From an uncultured Verrucomicrobiae bacterium (GTDB lineage: Bacteria; Verrucomicrobiota; Verrucomicrobiia; Chthoniobacterales; JAFAMB01): a stretch of DNA of 64,000 nucleotides. Positions 10,378 through 19,509 of this stretch are shown in pieces. How positions within the stretch are numbered: the first letter of the stretch is position 1; each line of letters opens with the position of its first letter. The notes beneath the pieces were generated by a model, which was given only the letters and a program-made list of their open reading frames with translations, searched no databases and was not told the origin of the DNA. Location of the stretch: contig CAWIPH010000002.1 of NCBI GenBank assembly GCA_963837955.1, forward strand, positions 2,336,001 to 2,400,000, in the 5' to 3' direction. Both the position numbers and the translations under genes were made by a program.

Positions 10378-11913
10378 TCACGCCTCTTCGGCACCCGATG
10401 GAAACGCTGCCGCATACTCATCCAGCTTCCGATAATAGGGCCCTGCATCGTCGTAGATTTGATCGAACAGCTCAGTGAGCCTTTCATAGCGCGGAACCCA
10501 ATCGGGGTTAGGAACGATCTCTTCATCCAGCTGAATGAGGCGTTTTGACGCGTCGGCCAAGGATGGGTAAATGCCGACCGCCGCACCAGCGATCATCGCG
10601 CAGCCGAGAATACTGGATTCTGCGTGCTTGGTCGTACGGATCGGTGTTCGATAAATGCTCGCCTTAATCTCAAGCCAGAGCCGAGTCTTGGCTCCTCCGC
10701 CGCTGGCTATCATGTAACTGAGTGTGTTCCCGCTCTGCTCCATGATTGACAAATTTCGACGAGAAGCAAACGCGACTCCTTCCATGACAGCCCGGTGCAG
10801 GTGACCCGTCCCGTGACCATAGGTGAGACCGAAAAATTGGGCCCTGGCATTGGTTCGTGGACCGAGCCGCTCACCATTAAGGTAAGGGAGAAAGAGAAGT
10901 CCGTCAGATCCAGGAGCAACTTTAGCCGCTAGTTTCACCAGCGCGTCATAACTCAGCTCGTTATCGTGGAAAGCGCGGCGAGCCCAACGCATGGCATCCC
11001 CGCCCGCATCCAAAATAGTAAATGCACTCCAACCTTGGTCGATACCAGCGACGTTGCTAATGATCGGATGCAGGACAGGTTTTTCAGTCTGCAAGGTGAG
11101 TAATGTCGAGGTTCCGGTCGAGTCAGAAGCGACTCCAACTGGACTGACCCCGGATCCCAGCAAAGTGACCGGAAAATCTCCGGCGCCGACCGCCACGGGT
11201 GTCCCCGCTAAAAGACCGGTTTGTTCCGAGCACTGTTTAGAAATCGTACCGACAATGTCGATCGGCGATTTCAGCTCGGGCAAAAGCTGTTGGTTTAGCT
11301 CCAGAAGATCGGTGACAGTGCTGCTCCAGGATCGGGTTCCGACATCGTACAGGTAGGTGGTAGACGCTTCTGGGTGGTCGATCGCTTTGTTGCCGGTCAG
11401 GCGAAAATTAATGAAATCTTTGACGATTAGAACGGAGGTTGTCCGCCGATAAACGTCCGGAAGCTCATGTTTGAACCAGAGGAGCTTGAACGCAGGCCAA
11501 GCAGTGGCGGCTGGATTTCCGGTGATGGGGAGCAACTTTTCCTGGTCATGCTTCTCCAAGAATTTGTCGAGGACTCCGCGGGTCCGTTTGTCATTCCAGA
11601 GGGGAGCATAATCAACGACGGGATTACCGGACTCATCGAGCAAGACCGTTCCATGCATCTGTCCACAGCAGGCTACCGCAGCAACCCGCGCCGGTGCTCC
11701 TTCCACTTTGGCCAGTACCGATCGAATGCAAAGAACGACCCCGTTCCACCAATCGGAAGGTCGCTGTTGGGACCAGCCAAACTGAGGCACCTGCTGGTCA
11801 TGTTCCGCCGCATGAAATCCAACGATCTCCCCTCGCAAATCGACAAGTGCGGCGCGCACGCTGCCTGTGCCGACATCGATCGCGAGTAACAGATCCTTTG
11901 TTGCTGGGGGCAT
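10378..11913 (-). CDS. FGGY-family carbohydrate kinase (xylulokinase-like)
   Basis: AIDVGTGSVRA, CGQMHG, LWNDKR, GAGD, FLPYLNGER, RAVMEGVA, SGGGAK. Confidence 0.93.
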   Translation of the reverse strand: MPPATKDLLLAIDVGTGSVRAALVDLRGEIVGFHAAEHDQQVPQFGWSQQRPSDWWNGVVLCIRSVLAKVEGAPARVAAVACCGQMHGTVLLDESGNPVVDYAPLWNDKRTRGVLDKFLEKHDQEKLLPITGNPAATAWPAFKLLWFKHELPDVYRRTTSVLIVKDFINFRLTGNKAIDHPEASTTYLYDVGTRSWSSTVTDLLELNQQLLPELKSPIDIVGTISKQCSEQTGLLAGTPVAVGAGDFPVTLLGSGVSPVGVASDSTGTSTLLTLQTEKPVLHPIISNVAGIDQGWSAFTILDAGGDAMRWARRAFHDNELSYDALVKLAAKVAPGSDGLLFLPYLNGERLGPRTNARAQFFGLTYGHGTGHLHRAVMEGVAFASRRNLSIMEQSGNTLSYMIASGGGAKTRLWLEIKASIYRTPIRTTKHAESSILGCAMIAGAAVGIYPSLADASKRLIQLDEEIVPNPDWVPRYERLTELFDQIYDDAGPYYRKLDEYAAAFPSGAEEA

Positions 11914-11994
11914 AGAGATTCCTTAGAACCGCAGATTACACAGATTTCGCAGATTGAGAAGGGTAACGAAAATTCTTGAGTGCTGGAGATTCTT

Positions 11995-12177
11995 GAGCGC
12001 CGAAGGCGTGCTTCAAGATAGCCTAGAGGGCGAAGCCCTAGGAATAAGACCATAAACACGATCAGCGTTGATTCAGCGCCCGGGGCCGGGAGGGATGGCG
12101 TCCCCGCGATCCGTTCTTTTTCGGCGCACGAGGACGTGCGCCCTCCCTGTCGGGGATGATTCAGCGCTGAAAGCGCG
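11995..12177. repeat. Nested repeat: GGAG REP doublet bounded by TGATTCAGCGC direct repeats inside a GATAGCCTAG-type element
   Basis: TGATTCAGCGC at 12069-12079 and 12157-12167 flanks the doublet 12088-12147. The outer part resembles the 54785-55077 array unit. Confidence 0.7.
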
Positions 12178-12186
12178 CCACAAGTT

Positions 12187-12201
12187 CGTAGTATTGCTAC
12201 T
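12187..12201. promoter_or_regulatory. Candidate HexR operator
   Basis: CGTAG-TATTG-CTACT palindrome (GTAG-N5-CTAC) in the divergent kinase/PGI intergenic region, similar to described HexR boxes (TGTAR-N5-YTACA). Confidence 0.55.
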
Positions 12202-12417
12202 CTATCAACTTCGAGCAAGCTTTTTTCCAAAGACGTATCTGGTTTTAGAAGTTTCAGCTCTTTCCCATCCAGAGGCGACGACGGAATCAGGAATGCCTAA
12301 GGAAGCCGCGTCAACGAAGCGCAGCAGATGAGTTGATCCGAAACTCGATTCTCGAGTGGTCGACAAGTTGGCATCGGCTCCGTTTGGTAATCAGAACCTG
12401 AAAAATCCGAGTTTCGC

Positions 12418-12432
12418 GGTTGTATTACTACG
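12418..12432. promoter_or_regulatory. Candidate HexR operator
   Basis: GGTTG-TATTA-CTACG, ~70 bp upstream of the PGI start. Confidence 0.5.
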
Positions 12433-12500
12433 CAAAAGGAGTCATTCTGCATCCTAGTACCGCGCCTGGGTATAAACACATTTCCGCCCGTTCTTGCTCC

Positions 12501-13130
12501 ATGAGTGCCGCCAATTATCTCTCGCCGTTTCGTGCTTTCTTGAGTGCGACGTCGCTCGAGATTCAGCCGAACACAGGAGGATACGTGAAACATATCGATG
12601 ATCTCGGCGGGATCTACTTCGATGAAGAGAGTTTTCAGCAGATAGCGGAGAGTAGAGGCGAGGAAATTGCTTATCGCGTCAACGAACTCCGATTTACCGA
12701 GCAGGGCAACGATTTGATCACGGGCATAAGTGTTTTGAATCCAGGGAAGGTCGGATCCGAGTTTTTCATGACCCGGGGCCATCTCCATCAACGCGGCGAC
12801 CGATCAGAGACCTATTACTGTTTGTCGGGCCACGGCATTCTACTGATGGAGACCCTCGAAGGAAAAGTGGAAGCGGCCGAAATGCGACCGGGTAGCCTGG
12901 TCTACGTTCCGCCTTTTTGGCTTCATCGCAGCGTGAATGTTGGCTCTGCAATTTTCGCGACCCTCTTTTCCTATCCTGCCGATGCCGGCCAGAATTTCGA
13001 GATTGTTCGTAAGGCGGGAGGATTCAAACTTCTGGTGGTCGCCGACGGCGATGACGACTGGAAATTGTCGCCGAACCCGCGTTACACTGTTCGCCTGCCA
13101 AGCGAAATAGAAGAATACAGAAGACAATGA
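12501..13130 (+). CDS. Cupin-type (archaeal-type) glucose-6-phosphate isomerase family protein
   Basis: PGKVG.EFFMTRGHLH, E.YY.L.G.G, YVPP.W.HRSVNVG, YPADAG. Confidence 0.9.
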   Translation: MSAANYLSPFRAFLSATSLEIQPNTGGYVKHIDDLGGIYFDEESFQQIAESRGEEIAYRVNELRFTEQGNDLITGISVLNPGKVGSEFFMTRGHLHQRGDRSETYYCLSGHGILLMETLEGKVEAAEMRPGSLVYVPPFWLHRSVNVGSAIFATLFSYPADAGQNFEIVRKAGGFKLLVVADGDDDWKLSPNPRYTVRLPSEIEEYRRQ

Positions 13131-13137
13131 CGTTATT

Positions 13138-13788
13138 ATGGGATTCACCCTCTTTTCTAAACTCGCCCATCATCGATTAATGCCAGTGATCGAACTGGAT
13201 TCCGCTGATGATGCCCTCCACTTGGCTGAAGCTTTTATTCAAGGCGGGCTGCCGCTGATTGAAATCACCTTTCGTACGAGCGCCGCTGCCCAAGCCATCA
13301 GCGCGGTTCGAAAACGGTTTCCCGAGATGTTGGTGGGCGCCGGTACGATCATAACCCGGGACCATCTTCGGCAGGCTTTGGATGCGAGCGCCCAATTCTT
13401 GGTTTCGCCAGGATTTGAGCGGACATTGACGGAAGCAATCCTGGAATCGGGCACACCGTACCTGCCGGGAGTTGCTACTCCCTCTGATCTGCAAGGTGCC
13501 TTGGCGCTCGGACTCACGCAGTGCAAGTTTTTCCCAGCCGAGGGAAACGGGGGAACACGGGCGTTACGCGTGCTCTCAACAACCTTTCGAGCGTTCTCTC
13601 CAACCTTCGTTCCCACGGGCGGCATCAACCTTAATAACCTGGAAGCCTGGCTAAAGGAGCCGGCGGTTATAGCGGTCGGTGGCTCCTGGCTTGCCGCTAA
13701 GCAATGGATCCGGGACCGAGATTGGGCGGCCATTCGGGAATCCGTTGCGACTAGCGTCAAAATCGCAAAGTCTGCGGTCCCGGCATGA
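13138..13788 (+). CDS. eda: KDPG/KHG aldolase
   Basis: IEITFRT, VGAGT, FLVSPG, PGVATPS, KFFPA, PTGGI, VGGSW. Confidence 0.93.
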   Translation: MGFTLFSKLAHHRLMPVIELDSADDALHLAEAFIQGGLPLIEITFRTSAAAQAISAVRKRFPEMLVGAGTIITRDHLRQALDASAQFLVSPGFERTLTEAILESGTPYLPGVATPSDLQGALALGLTQCKFFPAEGNGGTRALRVLSTTFRAFSPTFVPTGGINLNNLEAWLKEPAVIAVGGSWLAAKQWIRDRDWAAIRESVATSVKIAKSAVPA

Positions 13789-14732
13789 ACTTGCAGTTGT
13801 CGCCGGCCCAGGTTCCGACGATGCACTTTGTCGGTGTCTCGACGAGCCAATCGTCGATCATGAAAGTTTTCCCAGAATGGGCTGTCGAGCTAGGCATAGG
13901 TGGCGCGGCCATCCATGGCATCGATATTCCGTTGAACGCTCCGCCGGAGATCTATCGCCAAGTGGTCAATTTCATCCGCCATGATGGCAGTTCTCGCGGG
14001 GCGTTAGTAACCACTCACAAAATGGATCTATTCCGGGCCGCCCGGGAGCAGTTCGATGAACTCGATTGGTTTGCTACTGCCATGCATGAAGTCAGTTCGA
14101 TATCGAAGCGGCATACGAAATTGATTGGGCAGGCGAAAGATCCGGTTTCGGCTGGACGCTCTCTTTGCGCCATGCTTCAGCCGCATTTTTGGAAACAGGG
14201 AGAGGGTGAGGTTTTCTGTATGGGAAGCGGCGGCGCCGGAGTAGCCATTACTTGGTTTTTGTTGAGAGGGGAACACAAACTCGGTCGACCTAACCGGGTA
14301 GTCGTTTCGGATATTTCGGCGGACCGGCTGGACCATTTGGCACGGCTAACTAACTCGCCGCACCTGGAGATCCGATCGGTCAGCACGGCGGAAGAAAACG
14401 ATGCCATCATGCGAACTCTTTCGCCGCGTTCTCTCATCATCAACGCGACAGGACTAGGGAAGGATCGTCCGGGTTCACCGATTACCGACGCGACGCCATT
14501 TCCCCTGGGATCATTTGTTTGGGAACTCAATTATCGCGGTGCACTCGACTTTCTGCATCAAGCCCGTAACCAAGCGGAACCAAGGAAACTCGAGATTCAT
14601 GATGGTTGGGATTATTTTATTCACGGCTGGACCTGTGTCATTGCAGATGTGTTCGACATAGAGATTTCCGCTGATGTCGCTACGTTTCAACGACTTTCGC
14701 AAGTGGCCGCGCGGGCGAGCGGAAGATCATGA
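13785..14732 (+). CDS. Divergent shikimate-dehydrogenase-fold oxidoreductase
   Basis: ALVTTHK (cf. VT.P.K), MGSGGAG, IINATGLG, WELNY. Lacks the AroE HS.SP and NTD motifs. Overlaps its neighbours by 4 bp. Confidence 0.8.
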   Translation: MNLQLSPAQVPTMHFVGVSTSQSSIMKVFPEWAVELGIGGAAIHGIDIPLNAPPEIYRQVVNFIRHDGSSRGALVTTHKMDLFRAAREQFDELDWFATAMHEVSSISKRHTKLIGQAKDPVSAGRSLCAMLQPHFWKQGEGEVFCMGSGGAGVAITWFLLRGEHKLGRPNRVVVSDISADRLDHLARLTNSPHLEIRSVSTAEENDAIMRTLSPRSLIINATGLGKDRPGSPITDATPFPLGSFVWELNYRGALDFLHQARNQAEPRKLEIHDGWDYFIHGWTCVIADVFDIEISADVATFQRLSQVAARASGRS

Positions 14733-15652
14733 AGCGGATCCTGGTGACTCCGCGTTCTCTAAGCGGCTCCAACCATCCTGCGATCGAGCATCTTCGGAAT
14801 CAAGGCTGGGAAATCGTCTTCGGTCCTCGCGGCCGGCTACCCGATGAAGCGGAACTGTTGGACTTGGTGAGTGGATGCGATGGATGGTTAGCCGGCGTTG
14901 AGCAGATCACCGCTCGGGTGTTGGACGCGGCGGATCGGTTGCAAGTAATCAGCCGGAACGGCAGTGGCATTGATAATATCCGTCTGGAGCACGCGAAACG
15001 GCGCGGCGTTACGGTGCTCAGTGTGGCCGGAGCTAACGCTCAAGGAGTCGCCGAACTCACGATCGGTTTAGCGTTGGCAGCGACCCGTCAATTTCATTTG
15101 GCCGACCGCCATCTCAAAGAAGGTAAATGGGTGCGGACATTGGGGAACGAATTGAATGGCAAACGGGTTTTGGTTGTTGGATTCGGAAAAATCGGGCGAA
15201 TTGTTGCCCGCCTGTTCGCTGCATTTGGTTCCTCGGTGTCTGTGGTGGAACCGATGGAAGTGCCGACCGAACCTTTCCCCAAAGTAGAGTTGGCCTCTGG
15301 TATGCGTTCTGCCGACTTAGTAACTCTTCACTGTCCATTAGCTCCGGATGGACGGGCTGTAATCACTGCTGAGCTACTGAAAGATTCGCAACCAGGGCTG
15401 ATACTAATTAACTGTGCCCGGCGTCTATTAGTAGATGAGAGCTCGGTGTTACGCGGACTCGAGTCCGGTCAGATCGGAATTTACGCCTCGGACGTATTTG
15501 AGGAAGCCGACCCGGACAACGCTGCGCTAGTCGGACATTCCAAAGTGGTTGCGACGCCTCATCTAGGCGCGTACACGAAGGAAAGTGTGGACCGAGCCGC
15601 GCTTGAGGCGGCGGAAAACCTGATTACGTTCTTTGCGCATGCTCCCCGTTAG
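14729..15652 (+). CDS. D-isomer-specific 2-hydroxyacid dehydrogenase (SerA-like, no ACT domain)
   Basis: ISRNGSGIDNI, NAQGVAE, VGFGKIG, LHCPL, INCAR, DVF, TPHLG. Confidence 0.9.
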   Translation: MKRILVTPRSLSGSNHPAIEHLRNQGWEIVFGPRGRLPDEAELLDLVSGCDGWLAGVEQITARVLDAADRLQVISRNGSGIDNIRLEHAKRRGVTVLSVAGANAQGVAELTIGLALAATRQFHLADRHLKEGKWVRTLGNELNGKRVLVVGFGKIGRIVARLFAAFGSSVSVVEPMEVPTEPFPKVELASGMRSADLVTLHCPLAPDGRAVITAELLKDSQPGLILINCARRLLVDESSVLRGLESGQIGIYASDVFEEADPDNAALVGHSKVVATPHLGAYTKESVDRAALEAAENLITFFAHAPR

Positions 15653-16505
15653 CATCACGCGTTTTAGTGGCTCTCTGGCCGGCGCGCTTCGGAGGCCGAT
15701 AGAACAGCTCGAGATGTACTGGTTAGGTCAGTCTGGTTTTCTCTTCCGGACGCCCACCGTGACCTGGATCGTTGACGCCTATTTATCGAACCATCTCGCG
15801 GAAAAATATCGGGACCATGTGTTTTCACATGAAAGAATGAAACCGGCGCCGATCGGGACTCTGGATCTGCCGGAATTAGATTACGTGTTCTGCACACATA
15901 TGCATGGGGATCACCTGGACGTGCCCACAATTGAAGCAATCGGCAAGAAACAACAGAAGACTCGCTTTATTTTACCGGCCGGAATCGAGAGCCTAGTGTC
16001 GAATCTGCAATTAGATCACGACCGGATCATCTGGGCTGAAGCAGACAAGTGCATCTCCTTTAGTCATGAAATAGAGGTCGTTCCGGTGAAGGCAGCTCAC
16101 GAAGGCTTTGAGTGCGATAAGCGAGGCCGGCACCGCTTTCTCGGTTACGTCTTCGGGAGCGGGCAAACCACTCTATACCATTCTGGCGATTGCATTCCGT
16201 ACGAGGGACTAGTAGAGAAATTACAAGAGCTTCGGCCGGATGTCGCCATGCTGCCGGTAAACGGACGCAGCCAGGAGCTCACCGAAAAGAACATTGTTGG
16301 AAATTTTTCTCTGGCCGAAGCGATAGAGCTTTGCTTACGGGCAGGAATTCCGGCAATGATTGGCCAACATTTCGGCATGTTCGCTTTTAATACGATTAAG
16401 CCAGAACTCATCGACCAGGCAGCATTAGGGGTTCCGAAGGAACTTCAAATCTTGAAGGCAGAGGTGGGTACCCGCTACACTTTCAGTCCACCTCGCCGTG
16501 CCTAG
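15639..16505 (+). CDS. Metallo-beta-lactamase-fold hydrolase (UlaG-like lactonase)
   Basis: WLGQSGF, THMHGDHLD (HxHxDH), AAH, YHSGD, LPVNG, QHFGMF. Confidence 0.88.
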   Translation: MLPVSITRFSGSLAGALRRPIEQLEMYWLGQSGFLFRTPTVTWIVDAYLSNHLAEKYRDHVFSHERMKPAPIGTLDLPELDYVFCTHMHGDHLDVPTIEAIGKKQQKTRFILPAGIESLVSNLQLDHDRIIWAEADKCISFSHEIEVVPVKAAHEGFECDKRGRHRFLGYVFGSGQTTLYHSGDCIPYEGLVEKLQELRPDVAMLPVNGRSQELTEKNIVGNFSLAEAIELCLRAGIPAMIGQHFGMFAFNTIKPELIDQAALGVPKELQILKAEVGTRYTFSPPRRA

Positions 16506-17382
16506 ACGTCCTCGACCCCCGATTCCGCGAGATCTCAACCGCAATCTGTTGGAGATTATCTCCACCTATTTAACCGATCTTCGGCCTTCGGATCGAAAGG
16601 TTGCGGAGCTAACTTTGGCGGCGCCTCAATTCATACTCAACGGCACGGTTGATCAGACCGCCCGACGCGCCGGTGTAAGCGAACCGACGGTCATCCGCTT
16701 TTGCGAAGCCCTTGGGTTTGTCGGTTTCCAAGATTTCAAAGTGAGATTAGCGCAAAGCGTCGCTCTTGGCATGCCGGCTACTCATTCAGTGATTCTACCG
16801 GCGGATTCGCCGGAGGTCATTGCGAACAAGATCTTCGATTACAGCATGAACAGTCTGGACTGGGCGCGAAAAAAGCTCGACAAACGCGCGCTGCAGAAGG
16901 CAGTCGATTTATTGCTCGCGGCGAAGAGAATCGAGTTTTTCGGTTTTGGTGCGTCAGGGATTGTGGCGCTCGACGCCCAGCAGAAGTTTCCGCTTTTTGG
17001 CGTTCCTTGCACAGCTCACTGCGATTCTCATCAGCAGTTTATCGCGGCATCGATGGTAAAGGCCGGAGATGTGGTCGTTGCCATTTCTAACACTGGCCAG
17101 ACAAAAGGGGTGATAGAGGCTGCCAAGACGGCTCTAGCTAGTGGCGCTTCGGTCATCGGCATCATGGGGCAAGAGGGCGCGCTCGTGGATTATTGTTCGG
17201 TCGTCTTGTTGGTCGAAACTCTGGAAAACACCGACGTCTATACTCCGACGATTTCGCGATTAGCTGCGCTCACTCTGATAGACATTCTAGCGACCAGCGT
17301 CGTTATTCGTCGTGGGCATGAACACAACCGTCGAGTCGCCGAAATGAAACGTCATCTCGCGGCGATGAGGGGCTCTTTGTAG
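16498..17382 (+). CDS. hexR: RpiR/HexR family transcriptional regulator
   Basis: VSEPTVIRFC..LG..GFQDFK HTH. SIS domain FFGFGASGIVA.DAQ.KF, ISNTG, E.TD.YTP..SRLA.L. Confidence 0.88.
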   Translation: MPRRPRPPIPRDLNRNLLEIISTYLTDLRPSDRKVAELTLAAPQFILNGTVDQTARRAGVSEPTVIRFCEALGFVGFQDFKVRLAQSVALGMPATHSVILPADSPEVIANKIFDYSMNSLDWARKKLDKRALQKAVDLLLAAKRIEFFGFGASGIVALDAQQKFPLFGVPCTAHCDSHQQFIAASMVKAGDVVVAISNTGQTKGVIEAAKTALASGASVIGIMGQEGALVDYCSVVLLVETLENTDVYTPTISRLAALTLIDILATSVVIRRGHEHNRRVAEMKRHLAAMRGSL

Positions 17383-17458
17383 CCGCCGTCGGCACACACT
17401 CCCGCGTCCGTTTTCCGAGATCCTCCCTCATCACTGGGTCTCCGCACATCCCTGAGCG

Positions 17459-17654
17459 GTAGGGCGAAAGCCTGATACCGTCTCAGCGGGATCGGCTTGA
17501 GCCGATCGTGCCCGAGGTGTCGTCTTGCCGATTACCCAGCGACCATGGACAGCAAAGTAAAGACACGCCACGGGTTGATCACGCACGGCTCAAGCCCGGC
17601 GCACCGCATTTCCCAGACGTACCACATTGCAGATGCGCCGAGCTTTCGCCCTAC
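17459..17654. repeat. GTAG-footed REPIN-like element
   Basis: GTAGGGCGAAAGC..GCTTGAGCCG ... CGGCTCAAGC..GCTTTCGCCCTAC. Confidence 0.85.
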
Positions 17655-17710
17655 CGATCCTGGGCCCATCTGGCGCTGCCTGTTTTGGAGGGCTTACTCG
17701 ATCTATTCTC

Positions 17711-17758
17711 TTGACACCAAATACTGTAAGTGATCGCTTACCGTAAGTGATGGCTAAC
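17711..17758 (+). promoter_or_regulatory. TTGACA -35 plus tandem palindromic operator (probable ArsR autoregulation)
   Basis: TTGACA 17711-17716. GTAAGTGATCGCTTAC (17726-17741) and GTAAGTGATGGCTAAC (17743-17758) overlap the ArsR start. Confidence 0.7.
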
Positions 17759-18124
17759 CATACAGATCAACTAATCGCTCTGGCTGATCCGACCCGATTA
17801 GCCGTTTTTGAGCGCTTGGCCAAAGGGCCGGCAGCGGTGCACGAAATTGCCAAAGGTTTTCCAGTTAGCCGGCCGGCTGTCTCCCAACACCTGCGCGTGT
17901 TAAAGGACGCCAAGCTTGTCTTGGATCATCAGATCGGAAACAGACGTATCTACCAGCTCAACCCCGCCGGGATCCAAATCTTACGCGAGTATTTCGATCG
18001 GTTCTGGGGCGACGCACTCGCATCTTTCAAAACTTTCCTCGAAAACGAACAACCCCAAAACCCGAATCTTCCAGATGCAACAAACAGAGCCAGTCGTTCG
18101 AAAAGTAATCGTGGTAAACGCTGA
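17750..18124 (+). CDS. ArsR/SmtB family transcriptional regulator
   Basis: ALADPTRL, VSRPAVSQHLRVLKDAKLV, G.RRIY.L, FW..AL..F. Confidence 0.92.
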   Translation: MANHTDQLIALADPTRLAVFERLAKGPAAVHEIAKGFPVSRPAVSQHLRVLKDAKLVLDHQIGNRRIYQLNPAGIQILREYFDRFWGDALASFKTFLENEQPQNPNLPDATNRASRSKSNRGKR

Positions 18125-18560
18125 ACCGGAACACGCCTTTGCCGTTTTTACCAAAAACATGGTCCAATGGTGGCCTAAGGAACATCATATTGGCGGGAGC
18201 CCAATGGTTACGGTTGTGGTTGAGCCGCGCACCGGCGGCCGCTGGTACGAAAAAGACGAAGATGGTTCGGAGTGTGAATGGGGCACAGTACGCGTCTACG
18301 AGCCACCGCGGAGATTGGTTTTTTCGTGGCATCTAAATGGGGATTTCGAATTCGTTCCTGATATTGCCCAAGCAAGCGAGGTCGAAGTTCGATTCACTCG
18401 CGAGGAGCCAGGAAAAACCAAAGTCGAACTGGAACATCGTCATTTCGAACGACACGGCGAAAGTGGAGATCGGTTACGCACCGAAGTCGATAAGCCCGGT
18501 GGATGGTCCTACGTGTTGGAGGGATATGCCAAACTAATCAGCGATTCGCACAATGCCTGA
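18075..18560 (+). CDS. SRPBCC (AHSA1/START) domain protein
   Basis: AF.VFT....WWP, EPR.GGRWYE, WG.V..YEPP.RLVFSW, SEVEVRF, TKVELEH, GW. Typical ArsR partner. Confidence 0.9.
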   Translation: MQQTEPVVRKVIVVNAEPEHAFAVFTKNMVQWWPKEHHIGGSPMVTVVVEPRTGGRWYEKDEDGSECEWGTVRVYEPPRRLVFSWHLNGDFEFVPDIAQASEVEVRFTREEPGKTKVELEHRHFERHGESGDRLRTEVDKPGGWSYVLEGYAKLISDSHNA

Positions 18561-18819
18561 TAAAAATTCCATTGCGAAGGGCGATGAGGATTCGCCGCTG
18601 ATCCGTCGTCAGATCTTGATTTGTCTGCTGCGAGTGCTTCTTTGCCCAAAGGCTGATTTTCACCCGAAGCCGGTAGGGCGCAATGATTGTGAAAGGTGAG
18701 AAGTGATTGGTGAACGGTGGATGCCCATCGGAAAACCCTCGGCAGAAATCTCACCGCCTTTCTCACTAGTCACCGACACACTCCCTATGAGCCTTCAACC
18801 CCAGACCTTTTCATTTCCA

Positions 18820-19275
18820 ATGCGACCCAGTCTATTCTTGCGCGCCGCTTCGGTTCTCACAATGCTTCACTGTATTGGCCATACCGTGGGGGGAGTATTC
18901 AGTGTTGATGCCGCGCCGACGCCAGAAGAAGCCGCTGTAATCACAGCAATGAAATCTCATCGGTTTGAGGTGATGGGATCAATGCGATCTTTTTGGGATT
19001 TCTTTTTTGGATACGGACTATTCATCAGCATCAATTTCCTGGTGCAAGCGGTGCTGTTTTGGCAGCTAGCTTCGCTTGCTAAGAGAGGCCTCAAAGAGAT
19101 TCGGCCAATCATCGCTTGCTTCTTCTTGGCTTATATTGGATTCGCCATTCTGGCCTGGAACTATTTCTTTGTCCTTCCAGCAATCGAGGAGGTCTTGATC
19201 GCGAGTTGTCTCGGATTGGCATACATAACCGCTCAATGGGGGAGGCAACCGACAGCGCTGCGCAAAGTAGCCTGA
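18820..19275 (+). CDS. Hypothetical four-TM membrane protein
   Basis: Four hydrophobic segments, H..GH and RSFWDFF.GYG motifs. The upstream extension in the ORF track is repeat-derived. Confidence 0.75.
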   Translation: MRPSLFLRAASVLTMLHCIGHTVGGVFSVDAAPTPEEAAVITAMKSHRFEVMGSMRSFWDFFFGYGLFISINFLVQAVLFWQLASLAKRGLKEIRPIIACFFLAYIGFAILAWNYFFVLPAIEEVLIASCLGLAYITAQWGRQPTALRKVA

Positions 19276-19491
19276 TGTTTCCTCCTTCGTTCTCCCGCAA
19301 CCCCATAACTTCGGCGGACTAGCCAGCCTCAGGAACGGTTTGATGGAGAGGTGATTAGTGATCGGTGATTGGTGAGAGGGTGACAGATTTTCTGCCGAGG
19401 GCTTGCCGATAGGCATCCGCCGATCACATCTCACCAATCACCTCTCACAGTCGCAGCTGCCGAGGTTCCTGAGCCAGGAGGATCAGGCTAC
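19267..19491. repeat. GTAGCCTGAT..ATCAGGCTAC REPIN-like element with heptamer repeats and a conserved core
   Basis: Homologous to 41489-41663. Core TCTGCCGAGG.YTTGCCGATAGGCATCC. Partial copies at ~18690-18780 (inverted) and ~40618-40682. Confidence 0.85.
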
Positions 19492-19509
19492 GCCGCGAGG
19501 ACTGCTCCG

